Source: a virus (lineage: Duplodnaviria > Caudoviricetes). From it: a stretch of DNA of 37,879 nt. Below are positions 25,683 to 35,614 of the stretch, piece by piece (position 1 is the stretch's first letter; each line of letters begins with the position of its first letter). Under the pieces are notes generated by a model. That model saw only the letters and a program-made list of their open reading frames with translations. It was not told the origin of the DNA and did not search any database. The DNA is taken from IMG/VR virus record IMGVR_UViG_3300020441_000002, positions 1-37,879 of that record. One strand, 5' to 3'. Made by a program: the position numbers and the translations under genes.

Positions 25683-27511
25683 TACCTACGCCCTCCAGCT
25701 TTTGTTTCTAGACGCATTGTTCCGACGCGCCATTTGGCTGCTCGATCGCCCTCAACTCTCATTCTCATTTGTCTACCAGTAAATCTTAATGACGTTGGAT
25801 TGCTTGGGTTGTATGGCCCGTGCGTCGTCTCGGTGTCATTTGGGTAAAATCTGGTTTTGAATTTTAGATCAACGTCGCCCTGGGTTTTTTCATCTGGAAT
25901 TACTGAAGTAATTTTTGAAATTACGTCTCCGTTAGAAATTGATATCGGTCCGGTTTCGCAAAATACAGATCCTGCATCATAATTCAGACCCTGTTCGTGG
26001 TTAAAAATTGTCACGGGCTCAATCACATTTACAGTTCCGCCCATGCCTGAGTGGTTTCCGCAATAAAAATACAAGGTAGAAGGTGTGCTATCTGTAACGG
26101 TTATTTCAGTGTAGCTAGGAGTAGATCCTGGCGAGCCTGTTGTTGTTACGTTTGTTGAATAAACTGAACCACCGCCATGAGTACCGTTTGACGTTGTAGA
26201 AAACAGAAACGGATGATTGATATTGGAATTGTCTGCCTGGCTAAATCGATAAGTATTACCCTTTCTAAGGGTAAGTGTAGGAGCTGCTCCAGAGTGATCT
26301 GATATAAAATATTTATTGCCGCCGCCGCTTGCTGCCACAGTTACGTCATATGTAATTGTCTCAGCATTTTCACCACCCATAATAGGCGTTCTAAAAATAC
26401 CCCTGGAAACTCCACCAGTCCTGGATAGATTTCCGATAAGCCAGTGATTTTCCAGCAAATCAAAAGCAACGTATCTATCAATTTCTAAACTATTTGCGGA
26501 CGGGTAAAACCACCAGACCTCACTAAATTCTGTATTGCTAAACGCCCAAATTTTTGATTGTTGGTTTACGTTTATATCGTCAAAAACGTAGTCGTGAACC
26601 TCGCAAGGCAATTCTCTTACGGAGTTACCGTCAAAAGTAAAAAATCCTTTTTGCCCCATCCAAAAAGCGCCCATGTCAGTGTCTACAGCCGACATACGCG
26701 AAACTGCTCCGCATGATGTGCCAACCCTCGACGTAGAGTAGACATACGGCAAACCTATATAACGCATAGCGTGACAGTCTGTATCTGTAATGATTATTGT
26801 CTGGCCTTTGGTTCTGAGGCCCTGCATAATTTGGCCTGACGTTTGCAGCAAAATATCACCAGCTTCGTTAGTCGCTGCCGCCACCCAGGTACTCAGGTCT
26901 TCCTTGTCACTCCACTGCACTTTACGCGGATTTCCACCAGCGCCCAGGCAAAAAACGAACCGTTCTTCGGTAACGACTAAGCCTAGGTTGTTTGTCGGAG
27001 CTCCGGCAACAACGGCGGCGACGCTAGAAGATCCCAGGCTCCATTGGACTAAATTTCCGGTTGCTGAGTGAACCCCACAGAGCGTTTCCCCGAAGTTATC
27101 AAGTGACCAGGACGTCGCCTCAGAATAAGTACCAGTAGACGGTCTTTGTGTGCCAAAATAGCCAGTTCCGTAAAAACCACCGCCATACCCTAGATTAAGC
27201 CCTGCATCTTCACGGCCAGTAGCCATCGATGACGGAGTTATGTCGTAGGTTGTTCCGGATCCTGTCATTGCAGTTAATTCGTTATAGCTGCCAGCCGCAA
27301 AATAACTTGTGCCGTTATTGCTTTCCCAGGCGTGAGCGCCTCTTATTGGGTTTGTACAAAATCCATACTTAAAAGATTGCCAGCCGCCAATAGGACGTAA
27401 GGATCCATCTCGCCACCTGACTAAGCTTCCGTCACGCCACCTGTTCGATGCATCAAATTCAGTGCCGTTTCTGTAAAACCCTGCTTTTAAATCAATCGGT
27501 ATTAAAGGCAT
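25682..27511 (-). CDS. Tail nozzle/DNA stabilization protein (P22 gp10-like) with inserted cupredoxin-like domain
   Basis: WSLDNFGE, VQWSD.ED...W, FWMG..GFF.FDG, EVWWFYPS, GRQMRMRVEG...WRVG; start MPLIP. Confidence 0.82.
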   Translation of the reverse strand: MPLIPIDLKAGFYRNGTEFDASNRWRDGSLVRWRDGSLRPIGGWQSFKYGFCTNPIRGAHAWESNNGTSYFAAGSYNELTAMTGSGTTYDITPSSMATGREDAGLNLGYGGGFYGTGYFGTQRPSTGTYSEATSWSLDNFGETLCGVHSATGNLVQWSLGSSSVAAVVAGAPTNNLGLVVTEERFVFCLGAGGNPRKVQWSDKEDLSTWVAAATNEAGDILLQTSGQIMQGLRTKGQTIIITDTDCHAMRYIGLPYVYSTSRVGTSCGAVSRMSAVDTDMGAFWMGQKGFFTFDGNSVRELPCEVHDYVFDDINVNQQSKIWAFSNTEFSEVWWFYPSANSLEIDRYVAFDLLENHWLIGNLSRTGGVSRGIFRTPIMGGENAETITYDVTVAASGGGNKYFISDHSGAAPTLTLRKGNTYRFSQADNSNINHPFLFSTTSNGTHGGGSVYSTNVTTTGSPGSTPSYTEITVTDSTPSTLYFYCGNHSGMGGTVNVIEPVTIFNHEQGLNYDAGSVFCETGPISISNGDVISKITSVIPDEKTQGDVDLKFKTRFYPNDTETTHGPYNPSNPTSLRFTGRQMRMRVEGDRAAKWRVGTMRLETKAGGRR

Positions 27512-27512
27512 A

Positions 27513-28328
27513 TTATTTCCAATGCGCGGCAGATAATTGCATAATTGCTGACCCCGAAACAATATTACTAGCAGGGTTATTTTGAACACAGTTATAATTT
27601 GTTGTGCCTGATGCAGTTCCCTCGTCATCCCAGCAAAAATGATTTGTGGCACTTTCTAAATCAACTTGTTGTATCGTGTCAGAATTGCTCACTGTAACTG
27701 ATGCGGCAGGGTTAGTATCTTCCGTTATTCCAGAGCCAATAGTCACGCCATTATACTGAGTTGAAAGTGAAATGGTTTTTGAAAAGCTTGTATTGTCGGT
27801 ATTTTGCGCTGTAGCTGTCGCTGTAGGTGTGGAGCTATTGTATCCAGTTATTTCCCATACATGGGTGACCGATCTTCCGCTGCCGCCATTCCCAGTAATT
27901 TGCGTAGAACCAGAAGCAGATGTGACCAAATAATAAACTGCCGATGTAAGTCCTGCCGCCCAAACACCACCGGTTGGCGCTGTGTCCATTTTTGCGGCAA
28001 GCGTTGCGCTAACACCGCCCACATTTACATATGTGTTTCCACCCCCAGCAAGTTGACAGGTAACAACAACCAACTTTGAACCAGAACTTAGAGTAACGTT
28101 ACCAGTTGGGAAGCCATTGCCAGTTGTTAGTGTGCGCCCTTTGTAGGTTGCGACAGGTGCAGTAGCTGAAACCCCATAATACTCGTTAAAAGCATTTTGA
28201 GCGCCAGAACCCTTTGCAATCATATCACGAATGTCAGCATCGTTTATTGCGGCTTGGGATCCGCTGCCGCCACCAGCTTCAACGTGGATTTGGTTTATTG
28301 TTATCTGGCCGCTACCTGGCAGAGGCAT
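27513..28328 (-). CDS. Putative receptor-binding/distal tail-fibre protein 2
   Basis: N-terminal MPLPGSGQITINQI...EYYG module; follows an S74 fibre. Confidence 0.65.
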   Translation of the reverse strand: MPLPGSGQITINQIHVEAGGGSGSQAAINDADIRDMIAKGSGAQNAFNEYYGVSATAPVATYKGRTLTTGNGFPTGNVTLSSGSKLVVVTCQLAGGGNTYVNVGGVSATLAAKMDTAPTGGVWAAGLTSAVYYLVTSASGSTQITGNGGSGRSVTHVWEITGYNSSTPTATATAQNTDNTSFSKTISLSTQYNGVTIGSGITEDTNPAASVTVSNSDTIQQVDLESATNHFCWDDEGTASGTTNYNCVQNNPASNIVSGSAIMQLSAAHWK

Positions 28329-29163
28329 TTTTAAGTTCCTCTATTTCTGCTTTTAAATCTTTTATTGCTTCGATTAACAGTCCAGTAAGCTGATCATATT
28401 GAACAGTTTTATATTCAACGCCTTCCTGACCAGTAAAAGCTAACTTTTTGCTTTCTACTGCGCTTGGCAAAACATTTTCTATTTCTTGTGCTATTACTCC
28501 GGCACTGTGCTTGCCATCGTCATTATAAGTAAACGTATAACCATTTATTTGCATTACTTTGTCTAATGCGTTGTCTATTTTATTGATGTCGTGCTTCAAG
28601 CGCTGATCTGAAATTGTTGTGGAGTAACCAATAATGTTTGCGTCAACGTGCAAATCACCGCCGTCAGTCAGCCGCATATCCTCTGCGCCAGCCGTATAAA
28701 AACGCATACCTACGTCAGTATCATAATGGATATAATCGTTTGAATTGCCGGTATATACATCCGTATTACTGCTAGAACGCATGTCTGTATTGAGAGTAAA
28801 AGTTAAATCATAGGGATCTGCATCTGTTCCGTCAGAAGTGTCAGTCCAGTTAATATCAATGCCGCCACCCTCAACAAATTTAATTTCTTTTCCGTCAGTT
28901 ACAGAAACCTCTGTACCGTCGCCATCCTCAATGACAAAACTCTGAACAACGCTACCAGAAGTATTTAAACTGCTTAATAAATCTAGCTCTGGAGCTGTTA
29001 CGCTACTGGAAACACCGTTTATTGTTACAGTGGTCAAATTTGGTGCTAACGTGCCCGACGTGCCGTTTGCAGCGTTAACTATTGTATCGAGGCATAAATT
29101 GATCTGGGACCCCCAGGTCCCCTCGCTACCCCCGATCGTGGGCTTAGTTATGCTAATAGCCAT
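28312..29163 (-). CDS. Tail fibre with C-terminal S74 intramolecular chaperone
   Basis: ISDQRLKHDI...GVIAQE...[11 protein letters not shown]. Confidence 0.85.
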   Translation of the reverse strand: MAISITKPTIGGSEGTWGSQINLCLDTIVNAANGTSGTLAPNLTTVTINGVSSSVTAPELDLLSSLNTSGSVVQSFVIEDGDGTEVSVTDGKEIKFVEGGGIDINWTDTSDGTDADPYDLTFTLNTDMRSSSNTDVYTGNSNDYIHYDTDVGMRFYTAGAEDMRLTDGGDLHVDANIIGYSTTISDQRLKHDINKIDNALDKVMQINGYTFTYNDDGKHSAGVIAQEIENVLPSAVESKKLAFTGQEGVEYKTVQYDQLTGLLIEAIKDLKAEIEELKNASAR

Positions 29164-29213
29164 ATTTTTTCCAATCTAAAAAAAACGTTTTTGCGTTAAT
29201 TAAAAATACCATG

Positions 29214-29834
29214 CTACGTCACTTCCGTCCAAATTTCCTGGGGAACAAAAGGTGTTAACCAGCCCCTAATTTCAAATGGTTGATAGCTGTAAGTAAATTC
29301 ACCAGTTACTGGTCGTAAAAATCTTCCGACAAAAAGTGTCGCCGCGTGTCCGGTATAAGTAAAAGTGCCAGGGGCAAAAGCTTCGCCAACACCTTTTAAT
29401 GCATCCTGGCCAGTCAGCACAAAAGTACCTGTTTCCGCCGACATGTTCATAGCTTTTTTAAGATCTACACTTTGACCAGCAAGCGCAAAAGATCCGTTAG
29501 TTAAAACCATGCCAAAGCCAGTATCAAAAACTATATTTTGGCCTGTTAAGTTAAACGTTCCGTTATTAGCTATAATGCCAAAGCCATAATCTAAATCAAC
29601 ATTGTGACCAGTTAGAGTAAATGACCCTGCGGTAAAATTAGATGGACGCCCTGCACTCAAGCCAACAGATTGTCCACTAAGCGTAAATGTTCCATTTGGA
29701 AATACGTCAGTAATAAGCTTGGCTGCACCTTGCATCGAAAGCGTAAACGTGCCGCTTGTCACTTGCATTGTGTGCGCTTCGTTAGCCGTTGGTGCGCCTA
29801 GCGCTGTAGAGCCTATGGGGGAAAAGCCTAGCAT
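29214..29834 (-). CDS. Tail protein with short GTFTLTG repeats
   Basis: MLGFSP N-terminus; repeated G(T/S)F(T/N/V)LTG(Q/H). Confidence 0.7.
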   Translation of the reverse strand: MLGFSPIGSTALGAPTANEAHTMQVTSGTFTLSMQGAAKLITDVFPNGTFTLSGQSVGLSAGRPSNFTAGSFTLTGHNVDLDYGFGIIANNGTFNLTGQNIVFDTGFGMVLTNGSFALAGQSVDLKKAMNMSAETGTFVLTGQDALKGVGEAFAPGTFTYTGHAATLFVGRFLRPVTGEFTYSYQPFEIRGWLTPFVPQEIWTEVT

Positions 29835-30230
29835 TTACGGTTTTTCTCCTAAATCTGGCTCACCTTCTAATATCTCAAACTCCACCCATTTTTGATTATC
29901 CTCATCCCAATAAACTAAGGCGTTGTCTGGCATTGGAACTGGCGCTGCCCACTTGCAAGTTTCTTCGTTTAAAGACCAAGATGGAAAAGGTTTTATAGCA
30001 ATAAACGCATCTTTATCTGCATCATAAGTGCCACCTATCATCGCGTAGTTTTTTCTAAAATTATAATTCCAACTTGTTTGCTTCCAGACCGTATCTTGAC
30101 CAAACATATCTTTTAAAAAAACAATGCCAACAGCTTCGCTTTCATTTCCGTCTGCGCCTACAATGTCGTTATCATCTACCACAACAATGTCAGTGACTTC
30201 ATTTCCGTCCAATTTTGCAAAGTGAGCCAT
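29835..30230 (-). CDS. Tail-fibre-associated protein
   Basis: MAHFAKLD...WKQTS.N.NFRKNYA.IG.TYD...DAF..KPFPSW pattern. Confidence 0.75.
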   Translation of the reverse strand: MAHFAKLDGNEVTDIVVVDDNDIVGADGNESEAVGIVFLKDMFGQDTVWKQTSWNYNFRKNYAMIGGTYDADKDAFIAIKPFPSWSLNEETCKWAAPVPMPDNALVYWDEDNQKWVEFEILEGEPDLGEKP

Positions 30231-31202
30231 CTATTGAAACCTATATTGGATGATGACAATGCCAGAGCCGCCATTTTTTGAGCCGCCATTTGTCCAAGCC
30301 GAACCACCGCCACCGCCCGTGTTTGATGCACCTGGGCCCACTTGGGTTGTATTAATTGCACCACCTGCGCCACCGCCCCCAGTTCCACCACTGGCAGGGC
30401 TTGGGGCATTGTAAGACCAAGTAACGCCTCCACCGCCTCCGCCTCTGTAAGCGCCAAAATGATAAGAGCCAGTTCCACCGTTACCGCCCAAATGAGTTCC
30501 TCTTGCGTGACCGTTTTGACCCGTAGCGCCAGCTCCACCGCCGCCGCCTCCTGCTAGTCTACGTCCAGTGCCTCCGTTGTGGCCTTGCCCACTTATTCCG
30601 CTTCCTCCTGAGTAGGTCAGGTTTGCACCAGTATCCATGCCTGCACCGCCTCCAGAGCCGCCACTTCCTGGCGTTGCTCCCCAGTTTTCGGTTGCTGCTC
30701 CACCGCCGCCGCCAGTTGATGTATAGCCATAAAATGAACTATTACCGCCGCTTCCACCTGTTGTTGTATTGTAGTTAGAATATCGCCCTGCGCCTCCACC
30801 ACCAACTGTAACTGTATATGTCCCTGTTCCAACAGTCCCTGTTGAGCCGTATCTATATCCCCCTGCGCCTCCACCACCAACACCAGTTCCGCCGCCGCCC
30901 CCTGCAATAATTAAATATGTAACAGTGTTAGAGCCGCCAGAATTTCCTGAGTTTTGGATCCAAAAACTACCAGAGCTATAAAAATAATGAGTTCTATAAT
31001 TGCCGCTTTGTGACACACTTCCACCAGTAGCGTAAACATATGCAGGGGAGCTAGTGCCATAAAACTGGCTCATACTTATTGTGCCGCTTGAAGGTACTCC
31101 TCCTGCTACGCCATAATATTCGCTAAGTGAGTGAGGCGTTGACCCTCCAAATTCAGATGCAATGTTGGCTAGTGATATTGCTCCACTGCTTTGTAACGTC
31201 AT
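30231..31202 (-). CDS. Glycine-rich putative receptor-binding protein 1
   Basis: MTLQSSGAISL..I..EFGG..PHSLSEYYG; IIAGGGGG...GGSGIVIIQY glycine-rich domain. Confidence 0.75.
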   Translation of the reverse strand: MTLQSSGAISLANIASEFGGSTPHSLSEYYGVAGGVPSSGTISMSQFYGTSSPAYVYATGGSVSQSGNYRTHYFYSSGSFWIQNSGNSGGSNTVTYLIIAGGGGGTGVGGGGAGGYRYGSTGTVGTGTYTVTVGGGGAGRYSNYNTTTGGSGGNSSFYGYTSTGGGGGAATENWGATPGSGGSGGGAGMDTGANLTYSGGSGISGQGHNGGTGRRLAGGGGGGAGATGQNGHARGTHLGGNGGTGSYHFGAYRGGGGGGVTWSYNAPSPASGGTGGGGAGGAINTTQVGPGASNTGGGGGSAWTNGGSKNGGSGIVIIQYRFQ

Positions 31203-31204
31203 AT

Positions 31205-32407
31205 TTAACCCTCAAGTATAGCTCTAAGCCGTTCTATTTCATCTTGCTGTTCTTTAATTGCTTCGATTAGCAAGCCAACTATATTTCCGTAATCTACTGC
31301 TTTAGTGCTTGTTGTTTCGCCTGTTGTTGGGTTTGTATCTTCAATATCCTTAACCACTTCTGGCAAAACTTTTTCAAGTTCTTGAGCAATTACACCAGTT
31401 CGAGGGCGGTCTGTTTCTATTTCAGTGTAATAAACACCACGCATCGCTTTGATTTTATCAATAGGATTATCAATAGTAACAATATCTTTTTTAAGCCGCT
31501 CATCTGAGTAGGCTGTAACGTTACCAGAAAATGTTACGTTACCACTGCCGTCCAATGTCATTCTGTTAGAGCCGCCACTATCTCTATGATAGAAAGCTGT
31601 ATAATATTGCATATACCAAGAGTTAGAATGATATTGCAGTTTACCATGACTTTCACCAGACCATGTATTTGAACTTGACCTGATATCGCCTGTTGAACCA
31701 GAAATTGTTACTGCACCAGTTCCACCACCAAATGAAATAACACCTGATGTGCTGTCGGTTGCATCACTTCTGAGAAACTGAGATGCTTCTAGCCCATCTA
31801 CTTGGTCAGCATTTATATTTAGCGCATCAATATCAGATTTTGTTTGATCAGCAGTTGCTGAAGCCTCAATTCCATTGAGCTTAGTGTGGTCAGCATCAGT
31901 AAACACATTGCTATCAGTAGCACTTTCCACAAGCGTTCTTATTTCAGCCGCAGTTTGGTCAGCCGTGGCGCTTGCCTCGATGCCGTCCAATTTAGTTCCG
32001 TCAGTGGCAAGATCTCTTCCGTCTACTGAACCGGAAACAGTAATATTACCGGTAACATCTAAACCGCCGGAAATAGCTTCTGCTTTTGTTGCCCCTGCTA
32101 ATTGTAGCCTTTTAAAGTCATCAGCTATTACAGTAATGGAAACTTTTGCGCTGCCGCTAAGAGATAGCGCACTACCGCCACCGCTACTTTCGGATGGGGA
32201 ACGTGTAAGGGTAGTCCCACTAGAAGCATATTGGCCCTGGCCTAGCTCCCAGCTACTTCCTTCTTCTATCAGATATTGGACAACATCGCCATTAGCTACT
32301 CCTGCATCAGCGAAAGATTGGAAGCCGGTTTCGGCACTGCCCAGGGTTATGGTTCCAGCCCCCGTACTGGAGGTTCCCATTTTTGCCCTATTGAATAGTT
32401 TTGCCAT
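31205..32407 (-). CDS. Tail fibre with C-terminal S74 chaperone
   Basis: [10 protein letters not shown]...GVIAQELE...[15 protein letters not shown]; internal repeat KL(D/N)[11 protein letters not shown] x2. Confidence 0.87.
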   Translation of the reverse strand: MAKLFNRAKMGTSSTGAGTITLGSAETGFQSFADAGVANGDVVQYLIEEGSSWELGQGQYASSGTTLTRSPSESSGGGSALSLSGSAKVSITVIADDFKRLQLAGATKAEAISGGLDVTGNITVSGSVDGRDLATDGTKLDGIEASATADQTAAEIRTLVESATDSNVFTDADHTKLNGIEASATADQTKSDIDALNINADQVDGLEASQFLRSDATDSTSGVISFGGGTGAVTISGSTGDIRSSSNTWSGESHGKLQYHSNSWYMQYYTAFYHRDSGGSNRMTLDGSGNVTFSGNVTAYSDERLKKDIVTIDNPIDKIKAMRGVYYTEIETDRPRTGVIAQELEKVLPEVVKDIEDTNPTTGETTSTKAVDYGNIVGLLIEAIKEQQDEIERLRAILEG

Positions 32408-32419
32408 GCCGAGCTCCTA

Positions 32420-32851
32420 CTATGTCAGCGTTAAGATACCGTTTGCTCCAATATCGATAGTGAAGGTATCACCGTCGTTTAGCGTGAGAGCTGATCCATA
32501 ATCGTAATATCCGACAATTGGATCGGCAGGAGATGTTGGCGTATCGTTATAAACTATAACGTATCTAAAAGCTGCCACTGAACCGCCAGAAGCTGTCAAG
32601 ACTTTATCGTCAGCGGACAATTTATAAGTACCGCCTGTTTGTGTGCTCGTTACGTTTGCTAATGTTCTGTCAGATAAATTGGTATAGCTGATCTGCGTTG
32701 TGTTTGCTAAAACACCGTTTCCGTCTGTGGCTATACTTGTTCCTGATGTTGGATCAGTAGCGCACAAAGCAATTTTGAACGTGTCAGCGTTCATGTCCAT
32801 TGCATTAGCCAGGTTGACCACGAAGTCATTTACTTTAGTAAAACTTGCCAT
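32420..32851 (-). CDS. Conserved structural (tail) protein
   Basis: DTFKIAL...IVGYYDYG...TFTI pattern; position after adaptor. Confidence 0.7.
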   Translation of the reverse strand: MASFTKVNDFVVNLANAMDMNADTFKIALCATDPTSGTSIATDGNGVLANTTQISYTNLSDRTLANVTSTQTGGTYKLSADDKVLTASGGSVAAFRYVIVYNDTPTSPADPIVGYYDYGSALTLNDGDTFTIDIGANGILTLT

Positions 32852-33472
32852 TTAATAGCTCCTTATTTTCATTCGACGGCCAGAACCGCCAGTTTTCGCT
32901 AACTCGTTTTCTTGGTTTAAAGTTTCCAGGGCAGACGTGTAGTACGCCCCCCAAACTGGGATCCGATTGTCCTCCATAAGATATGGAGCGGATTGTAAAA
33001 GCGAAGCATACAAGTAAACATCCGGATAATAAGTCAGGATCCAATTTGTTGTTATGCTATTGCTTAAACCCTCTATAGCTTCATAATAAAGCATCTCTAT
33101 TGTGTAGTCCGCGTCGGGAGACGGAAACACCTCTATCGAGCCATCGATCATCGCGTAGTATGCCGGTTCCCCAGTAGCGTTACCAGCTTCTGCTCTTAAC
33201 TTAGATATTTCATTTGTGCCGGCTAATTCTAAAACTTTAGTCTCCGCCGTATTTAAAGTCATTCTAACTGGCGAAAGAAAATCAATTGGTAAAGCTGTAA
33301 ACTGATTATCTAACAATGCAGTTTTACGGGTTTCCATTCTCCAGTGCCTAATATCTCTATTCATTTTTGCTTCTGCTAAACGAATAAAAGTAGGTATGAC
33401 GTTTGTTAAATCGTCACGATTTAAAAAATTTGCTATTTCTGTTTTTAGCTCGGTAAAATTTGATAGGCTCAT
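32852..33472 (-). CDS. Head-tail adaptor/connector
   Basis: ELK.EIANFLNRDDLT..IP.FI.LAE...TNWIL..YPD.YLYASL..APYL. Confidence 0.78.
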   Translation of the reverse strand: MSLSNFTELKTEIANFLNRDDLTNVIPTFIRLAEAKMNRDIRHWRMETRKTALLDNQFTALPIDFLSPVRMTLNTAETKVLELAGTNEISKLRAEAGNATGEPAYYAMIDGSIEVFPSPDADYTIEMLYYEAIEGLSNSITTNWILTYYPDVYLYASLLQSAPYLMEDNRIPVWGAYYTSALETLNQENELAKTGGSGRRMKIRSY

Positions 33473-34053
33473 TGCATTTTGCCCTCACGTCTAAAATATT
33501 GCTCCAGCTCCTTAAATACCGGCCTGGCAACATTAGCAGCTCCCGTAGCAACTCCCTTAACAACCGGTTTTGCAAAAGGAGCCAAAGATAACGCAGCATC
33601 GCCAGCGCCCACGGCGACTTGACCAACTTGGCCTAAAACACCAGGGATGCCGTTCATAGCGTAAGCGTCAGGTATATTCCTGGCAGCGTCGTAAGCGTCT
33701 TCCGCGCCCATTGCAGTGCCAACGCCTGGCATAAACGCTGCCGCATTCATTGCTTGGGTGGCTAATCGTGGGTTGCCAGTCCTACGCAAGACTTCGTCAA
33801 AAATACTATAACCTATCATGTTCTCCGTATTGCTGGCATCCATTGCCGCCTGGAGCTCGTCCTGGGAATATTTATAGCCAGGCGCTACGCCTCGGCCTCG
33901 GTTACGACCGGACAATTCCATGTTTGGCTCTCGCGGTGTTTTCATCTCAAAAGCTTCGCCGGCAACGCCCATAGTGTTGTCGTATTGGCGACGTATTTTT
34001 TGCTCCTGCAAGTTGGCGATTTTAGCTTTTAGGTTGTTTTCTAATTCACTCAT
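33469..34053 (-). CDS. Putative virion protein with pre-toxin-like Gly/Ala segment
   Basis: FMPGVGTAMGAEDAY...VAVGAGDAALSLAPFAK; ATGA overlaps. Confidence 0.6.
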   Translation of the reverse strand: MSELENNLKAKIANLQEQKIRRQYDNTMGVAGEAFEMKTPREPNMELSGRNRGRGVAPGYKYSQDELQAAMDASNTENMIGYSIFDEVLRRTGNPRLATQAMNAAAFMPGVGTAMGAEDAYDAARNIPDAYAMNGIPGVLGQVGQVAVGAGDAALSLAPFAKPVVKGVATGAANVARPVFKELEQYFRREGKMQ

Positions 34054-35336
34054 TGCGCCCTCATGTTGTAATAAAGAGGGCTCTCAGGTGTGCCTGGTTG
34101 TGGATCCTGCATTGATAACGCACCCATAACACCACCACCGGCAAAGGGGAGGGACATAGCTCGTTTATTCATAATAAAATCAAATAGCACCTGATCCATT
34201 GTCGTGCCGCGTTTGGCAGCCGTCGTCGCCGCTCTATCACGCATAGCGCCCATAAACGTGGTTAAGCTGCTTGGGTCTACTCCGGTTTTCTTTGACGCGC
34301 CCATCCAAAGAGCTGCTTGCGTTTGCGGACCAGTTAGACCCAATTGCTGGCCAAGCTCGAACATAAAGTCCTCCATATGGCCATATTCGGCAGTATTGGG
34401 TTTTTGAGCCCAAACAATCGGATTATCCATCATTTCTTGAATAGGAATGACGCCGTCTTTCACGGCTTTTTTTGGATTAAATCCAGGGTTGCCGCTGGCA
34501 TGTTTCTTAAAATATTTTTTAGACTTAGGATACTTGGCAATTAAATTTTCCATAAATTCTTTGCCGACTTCTGTACCGCCAGTAGCAAGCCAATTCGGAT
34601 CCATCGATGCCATGCCAAAGTACCTGGTAAAATGCAGATCTGCCGCGATGTTTTTCTCGCTGCCTTTTAGCGACGCGGTAAAGCCTTTAGGTTTTGGATT
34701 TTCTGTAAAACTACCTTTTGACGGCGCAACACCTGGCTCGGCTAAGCCAGACCAAGCGCCCTGATTTTGACGCGCAACGATTAGCTCCTGCAATCCGCCG
34801 GTCTTATGACCGTAGCCTTTTTTTCTGGTTTTGGCCAAAGCTCGACCGTCAGCTATATTTTCGACGTCAGCTAGATCGCTCATGTACTTTTGGCCGGAGC
34901 TCATGTTGCTGTTACGAGGCACTGTCTGGTTATACATGCGCTCGCGGATAGCTGAAGCGTTGCCAATATTTGGCGGTACTTTAGAACCTGGTGAGGCAGC
35001 TCCTACAAGATCCAGGAATTCGTGCCACTGCCGCAAGCCTTCATCAGGGCCGTAACCAGTTACAAACCAGTCAAGAAGCTCCTCGGTGTTATACCAATCT
35101 TCGCCAACATCCAGGCCGGCGGAAATGTTTTCTAACATTGTTTTACGCATTTGATTATTTGGATCGCGCAAAGCAGCTAAAGATTTCTCAAGCCTGGGCG
35201 TTAATTTTGCCGGCTTATATCGCATAAGCGAAAATTCATTACGATTAGGTCCGGCACCCTTATACTCAGGCTTAGAGCCTGGCGGTTTGCCGAACAAACT
35301 TAATAATGCTTCTTGGCCTTGTTTTAGATATGCCAC
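34050..35336 (-). CDS. HhH-GPD DNA-glycosylase-like protein
   Basis: WY...AASP...N...PK..F...IAADLHFTR...Y...LG...Q.QAALW; DxHxxR resembles the EndoIII VDTHVxR motif. Confidence 0.6.
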   Translation of the reverse strand: MAYLKQGQEALLSLFGKPPGSKPEYKGAGPNRNEFSLMRYKPAKLTPRLEKSLAALRDPNNQMRKTMLENISAGLDVGEDWYNTEELLDWFVTGYGPDEGLRQWHEFLDLVGAASPGSKVPPNIGNASAIRERMYNQTVPRNSNMSSGQKYMSDLADVENIADGRALAKTRKKGYGHKTGGLQELIVARQNQGAWSGLAEPGVAPSKGSFTENPKPKGFTASLKGSEKNIAADLHFTRYFGMASMDPNWLATGGTEVGKEFMENLIAKYPKSKKYFKKHASGNPGFNPKKAVKDGVIPIQEMMDNPIVWAQKPNTAEYGHMEDFMFELGQQLGLTGPQTQAALWMGASKKTGVDPSSLTTFMGAMRDRAATTAAKRGTTMDQVLFDFIMNKRAMSLPFAGGGVMGALSMQDPQPGTPESPLYYNMRAQ

Positions 35337-35555
35337 TTACCGCCTCACACTTTTTTTGCCGCTACACCCCCAGGCTTTACGGCGAACCTTAACTTTCGGT
35401 GTGCGCTTCTGACTAACAGTCCTAGCGCAATAATTATCTCCGCGTTTCGTACCAGGTCGAGAAATACGCCGGTGCGTTTTCCCTTTGCTATCCTTGTACG
35501 TTGTGCCGTCAGCATACTTTTTGCTGGCCGGTACTTTTTTTCTTTTTGCCGGCAT
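35337..35555 (-). CDS. Highly basic small protein
   Basis: 72 aa, K/R-rich, PGTKRGDNYCAR...RKAWGC. Confidence 0.75.
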   Translation of the reverse strand: MPAKRKKVPASKKYADGTTYKDSKGKTHRRISRPGTKRGDNYCARTVSQKRTPKVKVRRKAWGCSGKKSVRR

Positions 35556-35614
35556 TACTTTTTCTTCGGTGGCCGACCGCGTTTTGACCCATAGGTGCCT
35601 TTACCTTTTGGCAT
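35555..35614 (-). CDS. 19-aa basic peptide with AT-hook-like RGRP (not in ORF track)
   Basis: MPKGKGTYGSKRGRPPKKK; TAATG overlaps at both ends and GAGGAG RBS. Confidence 0.7.
   Translation of the reverse strand: MPKGKGTYGSKRGRPPKKK

Noticed and set aside
27512-27652. N-terminal extension of the nozzle ORF
   Set aside because: Overlaps the upstream gene; MPLIP at 27511 directly follows its stop
27513-32407. Diversity-generating retroelement or invertible tail cassette
   Set aside because: No reverse transcriptase, TR/VR pair or inverted crossover sites seen; similarity between fibres is at protein level
31875-32501. 208-aa plus-strand ORF and similar antisense ORFs across the late region
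   Set aside because: Shadow ORFs opposite well-supported structural genes, with no RBS or motifs
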